Positions 30,326-39,957 of a stretch of DNA of 64,000 nt are shown here, in pieces; the first letter of the stretch is position 1; each line of letters opens with the position of its first letter. The stretch spans positions 15,871-79,870 of the forward strand of contig JAQBGW010000125.1 in NCBI GenBank assembly GCA_032128415.1. Reading direction: 5' to 3'. Source of the DNA: Betaproteobacteria bacterium (lineage in GTDB: Bacteria > Pseudomonadota > Gammaproteobacteria > Burkholderiales > SG8-41). The notes below the pieces were generated by a model that saw only the letters and a list, made by a program, of their open reading frames with translations, did not search any database and was not told the origin of the DNA. A program made the position numbers and the translations under genes.

Positions 30326-31516
30326 TCAGCCGGTAGTCAGCGGCAGCCGCTTCACCACCTTTACCCGCTGCACGGTGTCACCCGCCAGGTGGGTCCAGAC
30401 CATCGCGTCGCGCACCAGTTTATCGACACGCGCATTCATCATGCAGCCTTCGGGACCGTGGATGTCCATGTTGGCCCGTGTCACGCGCTGCACCACTTCC
30501 TGCGAATAATTCATCACCAGCACGTTGTTACCGAGATCCGGCATCTTGCGGTCGCGTTCCCAGGCAGTGCGCAGCACGAATGAGCGCAGCGCTTCGGTGA
30601 GCATGTACATCTCGTTCAACTTCAGTTGCACCAGTTGGTGGTCGATGACCAGTTTTCCGGCACGCTTATGGTTGCGCGCGAAGTGCATGGCGATGCCGAC
30701 CGCGTCATCACAAATGCCCAACGCATTGGCGGCCAGCTCGATGTCGCCGAATTCGGATTTGTCAGTGGCGCGCGCCTTGACGCCGCCGTTGACCTCGCCC
30801 ACCACGTTGGCATGCGGCACCCGCGCATTTTCAAATATCAGCTCGCCGTTCTGGTAAAAACGCCAGCCGCGCTTGTTGAATACCTTGCCGATGCGGAATC
30901 CCGGCGTGTCCTTCGGGATCATGAACATCGTGCTGCCCTCGCGGAGGTTCGCGTCGGGATTGGTGCGGGCATCGACAAAAAACAACTTGGCCACGCTGCC
31001 GTTGGCAATGAACATCTTGGTGCCGTTGAGTATCCAATCATCACCCTGGCGCTCGGCGCGCAGTTTCCAGCCGGACTTGGGATCGTTTTCCGGCGGCATG
31101 CGGTTGTCGGAACCGGCATTGGCTTCCGTGCCACCTTTGCCCAGCACAAACATGTCGTCCGCAATAAACGGCTTGAGGAAGCGCTCCTTCTGGTCTTTGG
31201 TGCAGGATGCCGCGATCAGGTGACTCCACTTCCAGCACTGGCTGAAGGTCTTGGATACCGAACTGTCGCCGCGTGCGAGTTCCGCCATCACCACCGCCTG
31301 CGTCACAAAATCCGCTTCGTGTCCGCCCCACTCACGCGGCACCGCCAGCGTGCGAAATCCGAGCTTTGATCCCTTCTTGATGATCTCCCAGTCAAACGTA
31401 TCCTTGGGATCGGCGATCTGGTCACGCGCCAGCGACAGCGGGCGAATTTCCTCTTCCGCAAATTTCCGGGCTTCCATCTGCCAGCCGCGCTGCTCTTCGT
31501 TCAACGAATAATCCAT
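30326..31516 (-). CDS. Acyl-CoA dehydrogenase family protein (atypical C-terminal active-site motif)
   Basis: TEANAGSD, LNGTKMFIANG and KLVRDA motifs. C-terminal motif reads THLAGDT. Confidence 0.85.
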   Translation of the reverse strand: MDYSLNEEQRGWQMEARKFAEEEIRPLSLARDQIADPKDTFDWEIIKKGSKLGFRTLAVPREWGGHEADFVTQAVVMAELARGDSSVSKTFSQCWKWSHLIAASCTKDQKERFLKPFIADDMFVLGKGGTEANAGSDNRMPPENDPKSGWKLRAERQGDDWILNGTKMFIANGSVAKLFFVDARTNPDANLREGSTMFMIPKDTPGFRIGKVFNKRGWRFYQNGELIFENARVPHANVVGEVNGGVKARATDKSEFGDIELAANALGICDDAVGIAMHFARNHKRAGKLVIDHQLVQLKLNEMYMLTEALRSFVLRTAWERDRKMPDLGNNVLVMNYSQEVVQRVTRANMDIHGPEGCMMNARVDKLVRDAMVWTHLAGDTVQRVKVVKRLPLTTG

Positions 31517-31554
31517 TGCTATCCCTAGACTAAAATATAAATAAATTCAAAGGG

Positions 31555-32793
31555 TTATGATTTTCTGCTAAATCCGGCCACAGCCTCTGCCACCACCAGC
31601 GGCGAGGCCAGATTGCAATCGACCGAATGGCGCAGCACCAGCGTGTCGTGCACATATTTTTGCAGCGGCATGTCGCGCATGACGCCCATCGCACCAAAAC
31701 ACTCCGCGGCTTCCAGTGTCGCCCGATGCAGTGCTTCTGCGGTAAAGGTGCGCGCTATCACCGGCCACGGCAGATCATTGATACTGCGATTGCCGATGGC
31801 GGCAGGATGATCCGCCACCCAGGCCGCCTTCCAGGTCAGGCCGCGTGCAGCTTCAAGTTGAATGGCGACATCCGCGAGTTTCATGCCGATCGCCTGATGC
31901 TCGACGATGTGGCGTCCGCCCTGCCAGCGCATTTTGGCGTAATCCACCGCAGCTTCATACGCCGCGCGCGCCACACCAATATTGATTGCCGCCATCTGTA
32001 CGGCGTGGCGTCCGCCCAGACTGGCGTGCATCCGGTGGGCCGCCTCAGCGACGAGCACATCCGCTTCCGCAGCCCGGCAATTTTTCAGTGTCACCGCAGC
32101 AACAGCGCCGTGATGCCAGCGCGCGAGTTCGTTACCAGAGGCGAAGGCCGGCAAGGGCTCATCGATGCTCAAACCCTGCGCATCGCGTGCCAGCAACAGT
32201 GTCACTGTGCCAAGGGAGCCGGAAATTTTGGCCCGCGCTATAAACAATCCTGCCACCGATGCATTCGACACGAACGGTGCGCTACCGTTGACCACCCAGC
32301 CTTTGCCGTCGCGTACAGCAGTCAGCATCGGCGTGCCCGGCGCCGTTGCGTCCACCGGCTGCGCCTGGTAATAGCTCCAGCCGCGTTCGGCATCGTCATC
32401 TCGCGCGACCAGCGCCACATGAAAACGGTCATCACTCTCGAACTTCGGCAGCCAGTGCTGGCGCTGAGTCACGCTCATTGCGCCATACACTTCGCGCACC
32501 AGCAGTGCTGTCTCACCCAGCACCACCGCCAGATCCACATCGCCCACCGCGATTTCTTCGAGCAGCATGCAAGTGGTCAGCAAATCCGCGCCGGCGCCGC
32601 CCGCCTCTTCGGGCAGCCCCAAGGTACGCAGCCCCATCTGCGATGCCTGATCGAGCAAACCGGTCATCAGCGGTTTTTCGAACGGCTCCAGTCGGGCGGG
32701 ATCGGTAGCGGCGGGTTTGACTTCGCGAGTCACGAAATCGCGCACAGCGTCGCGGATTTCAATTTGTTCAGGTGTGAGTTCCAAGTCATACAT
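31555..32793 (-). CDS. Divergent acyl-CoA dehydrogenase family protein
   Basis: PEEAGGAG, YAKMRWQGG..I.EHQAI and FGAMGVMRD motifs. TEP-G-SD FAD motif is degenerate. Confidence 0.8.
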   Translation of the reverse strand: MYDLELTPEQIEIRDAVRDFVTREVKPAATDPARLEPFEKPLMTGLLDQASQMGLRTLGLPEEAGGAGADLLTTCMLLEEIAVGDVDLAVVLGETALLVREVYGAMSVTQRQHWLPKFESDDRFHVALVARDDDAERGWSYYQAQPVDATAPGTPMLTAVRDGKGWVVNGSAPFVSNASVAGLFIARAKISGSLGTVTLLLARDAQGLSIDEPLPAFASGNELARWHHGAVAAVTLKNCRAAEADVLVAEAAHRMHASLGGRHAVQMAAINIGVARAAYEAAVDYAKMRWQGGRHIVEHQAIGMKLADVAIQLEAARGLTWKAAWVADHPAAIGNRSINDLPWPVIARTFTAEALHRATLEAAECFGAMGVMRDMPLQKYVHDTLVLRHSVDCNLASPLVVAEAVAGFSRKS

Positions 32794-32936
32794 GATGCGA
32801 TTTTTCCTTGCTTAGAGAGCCGTTGACCATATGGAGGCGGCGCCGGCTACGCGCTCGCAGGATGATGCCGAAATCATCATTGCAGGGCAACCCGCAATTG
32901 CATCTTTACCACTATACGGACGCCACATCCAGCGAC

Positions 32937-33731
32937 TCAAATCAACCCTCGCGCTATCCCACCATCCACCAAAATGGACTGACAGGTCACATAGCTGGTC
33001 TTGTGCGACGCCAGAAATACGACCATCGGCGCAATCTCCTCCGGCTGAGCGAAGCGCCCCAACGGTATTTCACGCGCAAACTCGTGGATGATTTCGTCCG
33101 GCGGTACGCCACGCTCCTGAGAAAGCTTGTCGATACGTGTAGTCCACAAATCGGTCATCGTGCGCCCCGGCGACACCGAGTTGACGCGTATGTTAAACGG
33201 CTGGAATTCCACGCCCAGCGTTTTCACCAGCGCGATCAGCCCGGCTTTGTGCACATTTGATACCAGTTGCTGCGGATACGGCATGCGCGGCCCTGCCGCG
33301 CCGAGTATGACAATACGTCCACCGGTCGCCGACTTTTTCAACAGTTCCAGCGCCGCGCGTATCACTCGCACCGTGCTCATCACATTGAATTCGTAATTGG
33401 CGTACCACGCCCCATCATCAAGTTCGCTGAACAACGCGCGCTGGCTGCCGCCAACAGCAGATACCAGAATGTCGACCTTCCCGGCTTCCCGTTCCAACCA
33501 TATCTTCAGTTTTTCGACGTCTGCTGCACGCGTCACATCGGCCGCAAACCAGCGCACTGCACGGCCCGTAGATTGCTTCAACCGCCCCGCCGCCTGCTCC
33601 AGTTTTTCTGGATTACGTGAACAGATCAGCACATCCGTTCCTTCTTCGAGCAGGGCTTTCGCGCTCTCGTAGCCTATACCCCCACTGGCGCCTACGACCA
33701 GTGCAATCTCACCTTTGATCCCCAGATCCAT
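32937..33731 (-). CDS. SDR family oxidoreductase
   Basis: GASGGIG, SNVHKAG (Tyr of YxxxK absent), NSVSPG, PLGRF and VDGG motifs. Confidence 0.9.
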   Translation of the reverse strand: MDLGIKGEIALVVGASGGIGYESAKALLEEGTDVLICSRNPEKLEQAAGRLKQSTGRAVRWFAADVTRAADVEKLKIWLEREAGKVDILVSAVGGSQRALFSELDDGAWYANYEFNVMSTVRVIRAALELLKKSATGGRIVILGAAGPRMPYPQQLVSNVHKAGLIALVKTLGVEFQPFNIRVNSVSPGRTMTDLWTTRIDKLSQERGVPPDEIIHEFAREIPLGRFAQPEEIAPMVVFLASHKTSYVTCQSILVDGGIARGLI

Positions 33732-33773
33732 CAATCCATTCCCATACTGAATATAAAATCATAATTGCCAAAT

Positions 33774-33805
33774 AAAAACGCGCCCGCCTATACAGGCGGG
33801 CGCGT
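33774..33805 (-). terminator. Rho-independent terminator after the Bug receptor gene
   Basis: ACGCGCCCGCCT-ATAC-AGGCGGGCGCGT with an A-run on the left (U-tract on the minus strand). Confidence 0.8.
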
Positions 33806-33819
33806 CAATCCAGCAAACA

Positions 33820-34788
33820 TTAATTATTACGGGCGCCGCTTAACTTGACGACTCTCTCATACTTGTCGTAATCCGACTTGATACGCACGGCAAACTCCGC
33901 CGGGGTCATGTGCATCGGATCCAGTGTCAGCTTAGTCAATTTCTGCGCGACCTGCTTATCAGCCAATGCCACCTTGAGATCCGCATTCAACTTGTTGATG
34001 ATTGCGGTCGGTACACCTGCCGGAGCAAACGAGCCCACCCAGGCCGTAAACTCATAGCCGGGCACAAACTCAGCGATTGCCGGCACATCCGGGAACTGCG
34101 TTACACGCGTGTCTGAGCTGACACCAATCGGCCGGACGCGATTGGCCTGCAAATGCGGCATCAGTGAACCGATCGTCGCCAGTTGCGCCTGTGTCTCACC
34201 GGATGCAAGGGCTACGGCGGAAGGACCGCCGCCTTTGTATGGCACGTGGATCATTTTGATCTGAGCCATTTCCGCCATCAACGCCATCGACAGATGCACG
34301 AAACTGCCATTACCCGCCGAACCATAAACAATCTCACCGGACCGTTTTTTTGCCAGAGCAATGAACTCCTTGCCGGTTTTTATCGGCAGCGACGGATGCA
34401 CAACCAGCATGCCTACCTGCCTCGCCAGCGGCGTAATCCCGATAAAATCTTTCAATACATCATAAGGAAGTTTTTTGTAGAGATGCGCATTGGCCACATG
34501 GGTTGTCGACTGCACCATGATGGTGTAACCATCCTTGGGTCCCTGAGCGACGATATCCGATCCGATCGTGCCCGCAGCGCCGCCACGATTATCGATAATG
34601 AATTGCTGACCGGTAATCTCGGTCATTTTCTGAAACACGATACGTCCGGTTACGTCGTTCGACCCGCCCGGCGGGAACACAATCACCACGCGCACCGGTC
34701 TGGTCGGATAATCCTGTGCAACGGCCATTAGCGGCGCCACTATCAACCCAGCCAGCGCAAGCAATGCCAGTTTCGTTGCTGATTTCAT
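33820..34788 (-). CDS. Bug/TctC family solute receptor (orphan)
   Basis: YPTRPVRV, PPGGSND, DNRGGAAG and HVPYKGG motifs. Signal peptide, AGGAG RBS. Confidence 0.92.
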   Translation of the reverse strand: MKSATKLALLALAGLIVAPLMAVAQDYPTRPVRVVIVFPPGGSNDVTGRIVFQKMTEITGQQFIIDNRGGAAGTIGSDIVAQGPKDGYTIMVQSTTHVANAHLYKKLPYDVLKDFIGITPLARQVGMLVVHPSLPIKTGKEFIALAKKRSGEIVYGSAGNGSFVHLSMALMAEMAQIKMIHVPYKGGGPSAVALASGETQAQLATIGSLMPHLQANRVRPIGVSSDTRVTQFPDVPAIAEFVPGYEFTAWVGSFAPAGVPTAIINKLNADLKVALADKQVAQKLTKLTLDPMHMTPAEFAVRIKSDYDKYERVVKLSGARNN

Positions 34789-34966
34789 AAAACTTCTCCT
34801 CAGAGTTATAGGAACCAATTCGAGGCCTTATTATGGGTGATAACCCGGCGCCCGGGCAACCGAGATTTCCCCCAGCGGGGAGCACACGATAAAATAATTG
34901 CTTCTGTTCAATTATCTCACTGTGGTGTCATACGATGCGGCACCGCACTATTATCCGGAGAACTGC

Positions 34967-36184
34967 ATGGCATTACCCTTGGAAGGCGTCACCGTATTAG
35001 ACCTGTCCACTGTCATGGCCGGCCCCTACTGCACCATGGTATTGGGCGACATGGGCGCTTCGGTCATCAAGGTTGAAAATTTCCCCGAAGGCGACGGTTC
35101 GCGGCGTTTTGAACCCAAAATCAACGATGAGTCCTATTGTTTTGCCGTGCTCAATCGCAACAAGAAAAGCATCGGCGTCAACATGAAGGATCCGCGCGGC
35201 AAGGAAATTGTCATGAAGCTCGCCGCAAAAGCCGACATCATCACCGAAAACTTCCGTCCCGGTGTGGTCAAAAAACTGGGCATCGACTACCAGACCATCA
35301 GCGCCTTCAACCCCGGCGTCATCTATGCATCCATGTCGGGCTTTGGCCAGACCGGTCCTTATGGTCACAAAGGCGGCTTCGACATCGTCGCACAGGGTAT
35401 GTCGGGCATCATGATGATGACCGGCTATCCCGGAGGCCGGCCCGCAAAAGTCGGCATCGCCATGAACGACATCTCCAGCGGCGTCACCGCGCTCTACGCA
35501 ATACTGGGCGCCTACATCGGCAAATTGAAAAGCGGCAAAGGCCAGTACGTCGAAACCTCGCTGCTCGAAGCCGGTCTCGCCTGGACCCACTGGGAATCCG
35601 GTGCCTATTTCGGCGGCGGTGAAGAACCGACGGCCACCGGTACGCGACACCGCCGCTCGACACCTTACCAGGCCTACAAGACGCAGGACGGCTACGTTAC
35701 TGTCGGCGCCAACAACAACAAGCTATGGGCCAATTTTTGCAACATCACCTGCAACAAACCGGAATGGCTAACCGATCCACGCTTCAAGGATCTGCCTTCG
35801 CGCCTGAAAAACATCGAAATCCTGGAACTGGAAATTGAAAAAGTGTTTGCCACGCAACCGACAGCACACTGGGTCACCAAACTCGACGAGGCCGCGGTTC
35901 CCGGCGGACCGGTCTACACCTATGCACAATCCCTCGCCGACCCGCATATCAAGGCACGCAACATGGTCATCGAAATCGACCATCCGAAAATCGGTCGCAT
36001 GAAATCGCTCGGCCTGCCGGTCAAATCCAGTGGCGAGCTGACTGCCATTCGCCAGCCGGCGCCATGGCTCGGCCAGCACACCGAGGAAACCGTGCGCAGC
36101 CTTGATTACAGGGACGCGGACATTGTCACCTTGTTCGCCGAAGGCGTGCTCTACGACAAGTACCGCGCCACGCAACCCGCATGA
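34967..36184 (+). CDS. Family III CoA-transferase (CaiB/BaiF)
   Basis: MAGPYC, NRNKKS, ENFRPG, SGFGQTGP and GFDIVAQ motifs. GGAG RBS. Confidence 0.92.
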   Translation: MALPLEGVTVLDLSTVMAGPYCTMVLGDMGASVIKVENFPEGDGSRRFEPKINDESYCFAVLNRNKKSIGVNMKDPRGKEIVMKLAAKADIITENFRPGVVKKLGIDYQTISAFNPGVIYASMSGFGQTGPYGHKGGFDIVAQGMSGIMMMTGYPGGRPAKVGIAMNDISSGVTALYAILGAYIGKLKSGKGQYVETSLLEAGLAWTHWESGAYFGGGEEPTATGTRHRRSTPYQAYKTQDGYVTVGANNNKLWANFCNITCNKPEWLTDPRFKDLPSRLKNIEILELEIEKVFATQPTAHWVTKLDEAAVPGGPVYTYAQSLADPHIKARNMVIEIDHPKIGRMKSLGLPVKSSGELTAIRQPAPWLGQHTEETVRSLDYRDADIVTLFAEGVLYDKYRATQPA

Positions 36185-36242
36185 GGAAGTCTGGGCCATC
36201 GGTCGGCCTCAAATACACCGACGGCTCAGTTGTCAGCAGACC

Positions 36243-36863
36243 CTAAGCCGACTCCACGGCCAGTGCTTTTTTCACTGCCGGCCGCTCCGCCATGCGTTTG
36301 TGGTGATCCTGGACTTTCGGGAAGCGCGCGATATCCAAACTGTCGCCCTCCAGCCATCCGGCAACAGTAAACAGGTAAGGATCGCAGATGCTGTAATCCT
36401 TGCCCATCACCCACGGCCCGGCAAACATTTCCTGCTCGATCAGTTCAAAACACGCGCCTACTGTTTCGGGCACCTTGCGCTGCATGTCCTTGATCGCGAT
36501 AGGATCGTCCGCCCAGCGTTTGCCACGCCGCCTGTGCGCGTGGGCCACATGAACCGTTGAACACAAATAGCTGTTGAAGGCTTGAACACGGGCGAAAGCA
36601 AAGGGATCGCCCAACGGCGCAAGCTGCGCCTGCGGATAACTCTGTGCGAGGTACGCCAGTATTGCCGGCGTTTCGGTCAGGATGCCGCGATCCGTGATCA
36701 GCGCCGGCACCCGTCCTTTTGGATTGATCGCCAGGTAATCCGGTTTGTTCTGGTCGTGATTGCTGAAATCGAGTCGCACGGCTTCGTGCTGCACACCTAT
36801 CTCTTCCAGCGTAATGTGCGACGCCAACGCGCAGGTATTCAAGGCATAAAAAAGTTTCAGCAT
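36243..36863 (-). CDS. Glutathione S-transferase (beta-class-like)
   Basis: TCALASHI, INPKGRVPAL, TETPAI and STVH motifs. Confidence 0.92.
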   Translation of the reverse strand: MLKLFYALNTCALASHITLEEIGVQHEAVRLDFSNHDQNKPDYLAINPKGRVPALITDRGILTETPAILAYLAQSYPQAQLAPLGDPFAFARVQAFNSYLCSTVHVAHAHRRRGKRWADDPIAIKDMQRKVPETVGACFELIEQEMFAGPWVMGKDYSICDPYLFTVAGWLEGDSLDIARFPKVQDHHKRMAERPAVKKALAVESA

Positions 36864-36900
36864 GTAATGTTCCTTTGCAGCAAGATCATCAAACCGTTCT

Positions 36901-37605
36901 TCATGGCATCTTGGTCACATCCAAAATTGTCGCTTGTGCCCTCGGCATATCCTTGAGTATGTCGGATCTATCGTCCATGACGCCTTCCAGCACGCATTGA
37001 CTTTTGCCGCGAGTGATCGTCAGGCTGCCGGTGATCTTGCCGTCCATCCCGCAGAAGCGTTCGCGGTCGACGTTGCGAAACAGGAACTTGACGGCACGTC
37101 GTCCGTAGTCGATCAGGAACGCGCCCTTGTCCTCATTCAGTGTAACCACCGTTACGCCGGCAGTATCTTTCCACTGGCTGTAGGCATCGTCGCGAACGAT
37201 GTGTACTGAACAGGTGCGTGGTTTCCATTTCGAATAATACGCAAAACTCCTCACGCGCCCGCCGATCAATTCGACGGCTATCCGCGCCTGCCGGTCCTCG
37301 GTACCAAGTTGGCAGAACAATTTTTCCAATCTGCCCCGCCTCCCCCGCCGTGCTACGGATTTCGGTTTAACTTTGTCCGTTTTGATGCCCAGATGATGCC
37401 TGCGGTAGTACTCAACCACCCTGTCCTGCGCTTTGCGCAAGGCTTCAGCTTCGCGTTTGGTGCGCACGGCGGCGGCCTGCTTCTGGGCCAGCACAGCCTT
37501 GGCTGGGACCTGCGGCGACGCCACCGGTAATTTTGCCGATGCCACACCGCTGATGCAGCACAACAACACTGAAGCAATCAGATGCTGCAAATTATGAGTC
37601 ATCAT
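36901..37605 (-). CDS. Hypothetical exported protein with four Cys in the C-terminal domain
   Basis: Signal-peptide-like N-terminus (…ASA), fills the gap between two minus-strand genes. No family recognised. Confidence 0.6.
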   Translation of the reverse strand: MMTHNLQHLIASVLLCCISGVASAKLPVASPQVPAKAVLAQKQAAAVRTKREAEALRKAQDRVVEYYRRHHLGIKTDKVKPKSVARRGRRGRLEKLFCQLGTEDRQARIAVELIGGRVRSFAYYSKWKPRTCSVHIVRDDAYSQWKDTAGVTVVTLNEDKGAFLIDYGRRAVKFLFRNVDRERFCGMDGKITGSLTITRGKSQCVLEGVMDDRSDILKDMPRAQATILDVTKMP

Positions 37606-37662
37606 GCGTTGCCGATAGTCGCCTGCGCCGCAACGGCTTCCCTTTTCAAATGATTTTCAATA

Positions 37663-37712
37663 AAAACCGGCGCAGCTCCCGCCCCGGAGGACGGACGCGC
37701 TGCGCCGGTTTT
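37663..37712. terminator. Inverted repeat, probable terminator after the Bug receptor gene
   Basis: AAAACCGGCGCAGC...GCTGCGCCGGTTTT. Confidence 0.7.
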
Positions 37713-37731
37713 CAAGGATTGCAGACGCTTG

Positions 37732-38715
37732 TTAGTGCGCTACGGCACCAACGTCTTTAACCACTTTCGCCCAGCGATCGTGCTCTGACTGCCAGAACTT
37801 GCGGAAATCCTCAGGCGATTTACTGACAATCGCTGCCGAGCTCGCCGTCCCGAGCATCTTGATCACTCTAGCGTCTTTCATTGTCGCGACAATCGCCGGG
37901 AACAACCGGTCAACCACGGCGCGCGGCGTACCTTTGGGCACATAAACGCCTTGCCACGACCCGACAACGTGATCAGGAAATCCAACTTCCGTCATCGTCG
38001 GCGCATCCGGTACAGCGCTCAACCGCTGCGGTGCGACCACTGCCAGCACGCGCAACCGACCCAGCCGTATGTACGGCAGCAATGATGCAGAGGTCAGCAT
38101 CGTCATCGGCACTTCACCCGTGGAAGCAGCCAGAGATGCACCGCTGGCACCACCCTTGTACGGCACCATCACGATCTTTATACCAGCCTGCTGTTGGAAC
38201 AATTCAAACGCCAGTCGCGAATTACTGCCCGCGCCGGAAGCCGAAAAATCCAGTGCTCCCGGACGGGCTTTGGCAAATGCGATTAATTCCTTGACCGACT
38301 TCACCGGCAGCGACGGATGAACCACCATCATGCCCGGCACATCGACGACCTGGGTAATGCCGATCAGTGTAGCAAGTGGCTTTACCCGGAATTTCGGGAA
38401 CACCGAGGCATTGATCGCCATCGTGCCGATATTGCCCAGCAGTATCGTATAGCCATCGGGCGCCGAATCAGCGGCTACCTCAACGCCAACGTAGCCCGAC
38501 GCACCGGTCCGGTTGTCGATGACCACCTGTTGACCGATTTCTTTGCCCAGCTTGTCTTGAATGATGCGGCCGACAAAATCCGAAGCGCCACCGGGCGCGA
38601 ATGGAACGATCATCCGCACCGGCCGCTCAGGATAGCTGGCAGCCTGCGCCATGCCCATGAATGCCGAAACTGCAACCGCCGCAGCGGTAAAAATGAATCG
38701 TGGTATTCGTTGCAT
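37732..38715 (-). CDS. Bug/TctC family solute receptor
   Basis: YPERPVRM, APGGASD, DNRTGASG and VPYKGG motifs. AGGAG RBS. Confidence 0.92.
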   Translation of the reverse strand: MQRIPRFIFTAAAVAVSAFMGMAQAASYPERPVRMIVPFAPGGASDFVGRIIQDKLGKEIGQQVVIDNRTGASGYVGVEVAADSAPDGYTILLGNIGTMAINASVFPKFRVKPLATLIGITQVVDVPGMMVVHPSLPVKSVKELIAFAKARPGALDFSASGAGSNSRLAFELFQQQAGIKIVMVPYKGGASGASLAASTGEVPMTMLTSASLLPYIRLGRLRVLAVVAPQRLSAVPDAPTMTEVGFPDHVVGSWQGVYVPKGTPRAVVDRLFPAIVATMKDARVIKMLGTASSAAIVSKSPEDFRKFWQSEHDRWAKVVKDVGAVAH

Positions 38716-38882
38716 AGTAGCATTTCTCCTCTTATTGATTTTCACCCCGCACCCTCCGGAGCAGCGAATAAATCCAGCCTGTGCATCAACTCCAGAGATA
38801 TGACCCGAATCGCACCGGAGTGTTTCACCGCATCTTGCGTGCAGTTTGGCTACCTCCGAGTTTACCGCGTATTGTCAGCACA

Positions 38883-39938
38883 TCAAAGAGCCGCCACAAC
38901 AGCGTCTCCCATGCTCGCAGTACCAGATTTTCCGCCCAGATCGCCCGTTAAATGTTTTGCTTCGGCAATCACCTTGTCCATCGCCGCGTCAATCAGCGCC
39001 GCAGCCGCTGTCGCCTTGGGATCATTGCGTGTGCGGCCCAGCCATTCAAACAGCATCTTGCCCGACATGATCATCGCATAGGGATTAGCAATATTTTTCC
39101 CGGCAATATCAGGAGCCGAGCCGTGCGTCGCCTGTGCCATCGCCTGTTTTTCGCCAACCACCAGTCCCGGCGCAAGGCCCAGGCCACCGACCAGCCCTGC
39201 ACCCAGATCAGTCACAATGTCGCCAAACTGATTGGTAGTGACCACCACATCGTACTGCTGCGGCTTCATCACGGCTTTCATCGCAAAACCATCGATCAGC
39301 ACTTCTTCAAATTCGACGTCGGGATATTGCGCTGCCATTTTTCGGCATTCCTGCGCAAACATGCCGCATACCAGCCGGTACACCGGCTCCTTGTGCAGCG
39401 CCGTGACCTTCTTGCGCTGGCGTGTGCGCGCGATCTCAAAAGCCTCCCGGGCAACCCGGCTTGCACCCTTGCGTGTCACCACGCGCATGCCGATGGCGAT
39501 ATCGTCGTTCGGTTGGAATTCTCCGCTACCGGCGAACACCACGCTGCTCGACTGCATGCCTTCAGTCGTCTCGCGCAGGAATATGATGTCCACGTTCTTG
39601 TGCAACGACGGCAGATTGGGATACGACTTCACCGGCTTCACGTTGGCGTACAACTCGAATTTCTTGCGCAGCGGCGGATTGATCCAGGTCGGGTCGTTGC
39701 GTGGATAAACGTTGTGGCCGATCGGCCCCTGCACCCAGCCATCAACGTGCTGGAGTGCATCAACCGTGAGCTGCGGCATGGTGTGGCCGTGAGTTTCATG
39801 GCCGCGCCTGCCGATCGGCAACGGCTGCCATTCGATCTGCAGTCCGGTTTTTGCGGCGGCAGCCTTCATTACCTTGACGCATTCGGGCACCACTTCCAGC
39901 CCGATATCGTCGCCTTCGAGTATTCCCAGTTTGTACAC
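38883..39938 (-). CDS. Isocitrate/isopropylmalate/tartrate dehydrogenase family protein
   Basis: EGDDIG.EV, LRKKFELYANVKP, NQFGDIVTD and HGSAPDIAGKNIANP motifs. GTG start with GAGGAG RBS. Confidence 0.9.
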   Translation of the reverse strand: MYKLGILEGDDIGLEVVPECVKVMKAAAAKTGLQIEWQPLPIGRRGHETHGHTMPQLTVDALQHVDGWVQGPIGHNVYPRNDPTWINPPLRKKFELYANVKPVKSYPNLPSLHKNVDIIFLRETTEGMQSSSVVFAGSGEFQPNDDIAIGMRVVTRKGASRVAREAFEIARTRQRKKVTALHKEPVYRLVCGMFAQECRKMAAQYPDVEFEEVLIDGFAMKAVMKPQQYDVVVTTNQFGDIVTDLGAGLVGGLGLAPGLVVGEKQAMAQATHGSAPDIAGKNIANPYAMIMSGKMLFEWLGRTRNDPKATAAAALIDAAMDKVIAEAKHLTGDLGGKSGTASMGDAVVAAL

Positions 39939-39957
39939 TTCTGCTCCTCTAACGATG

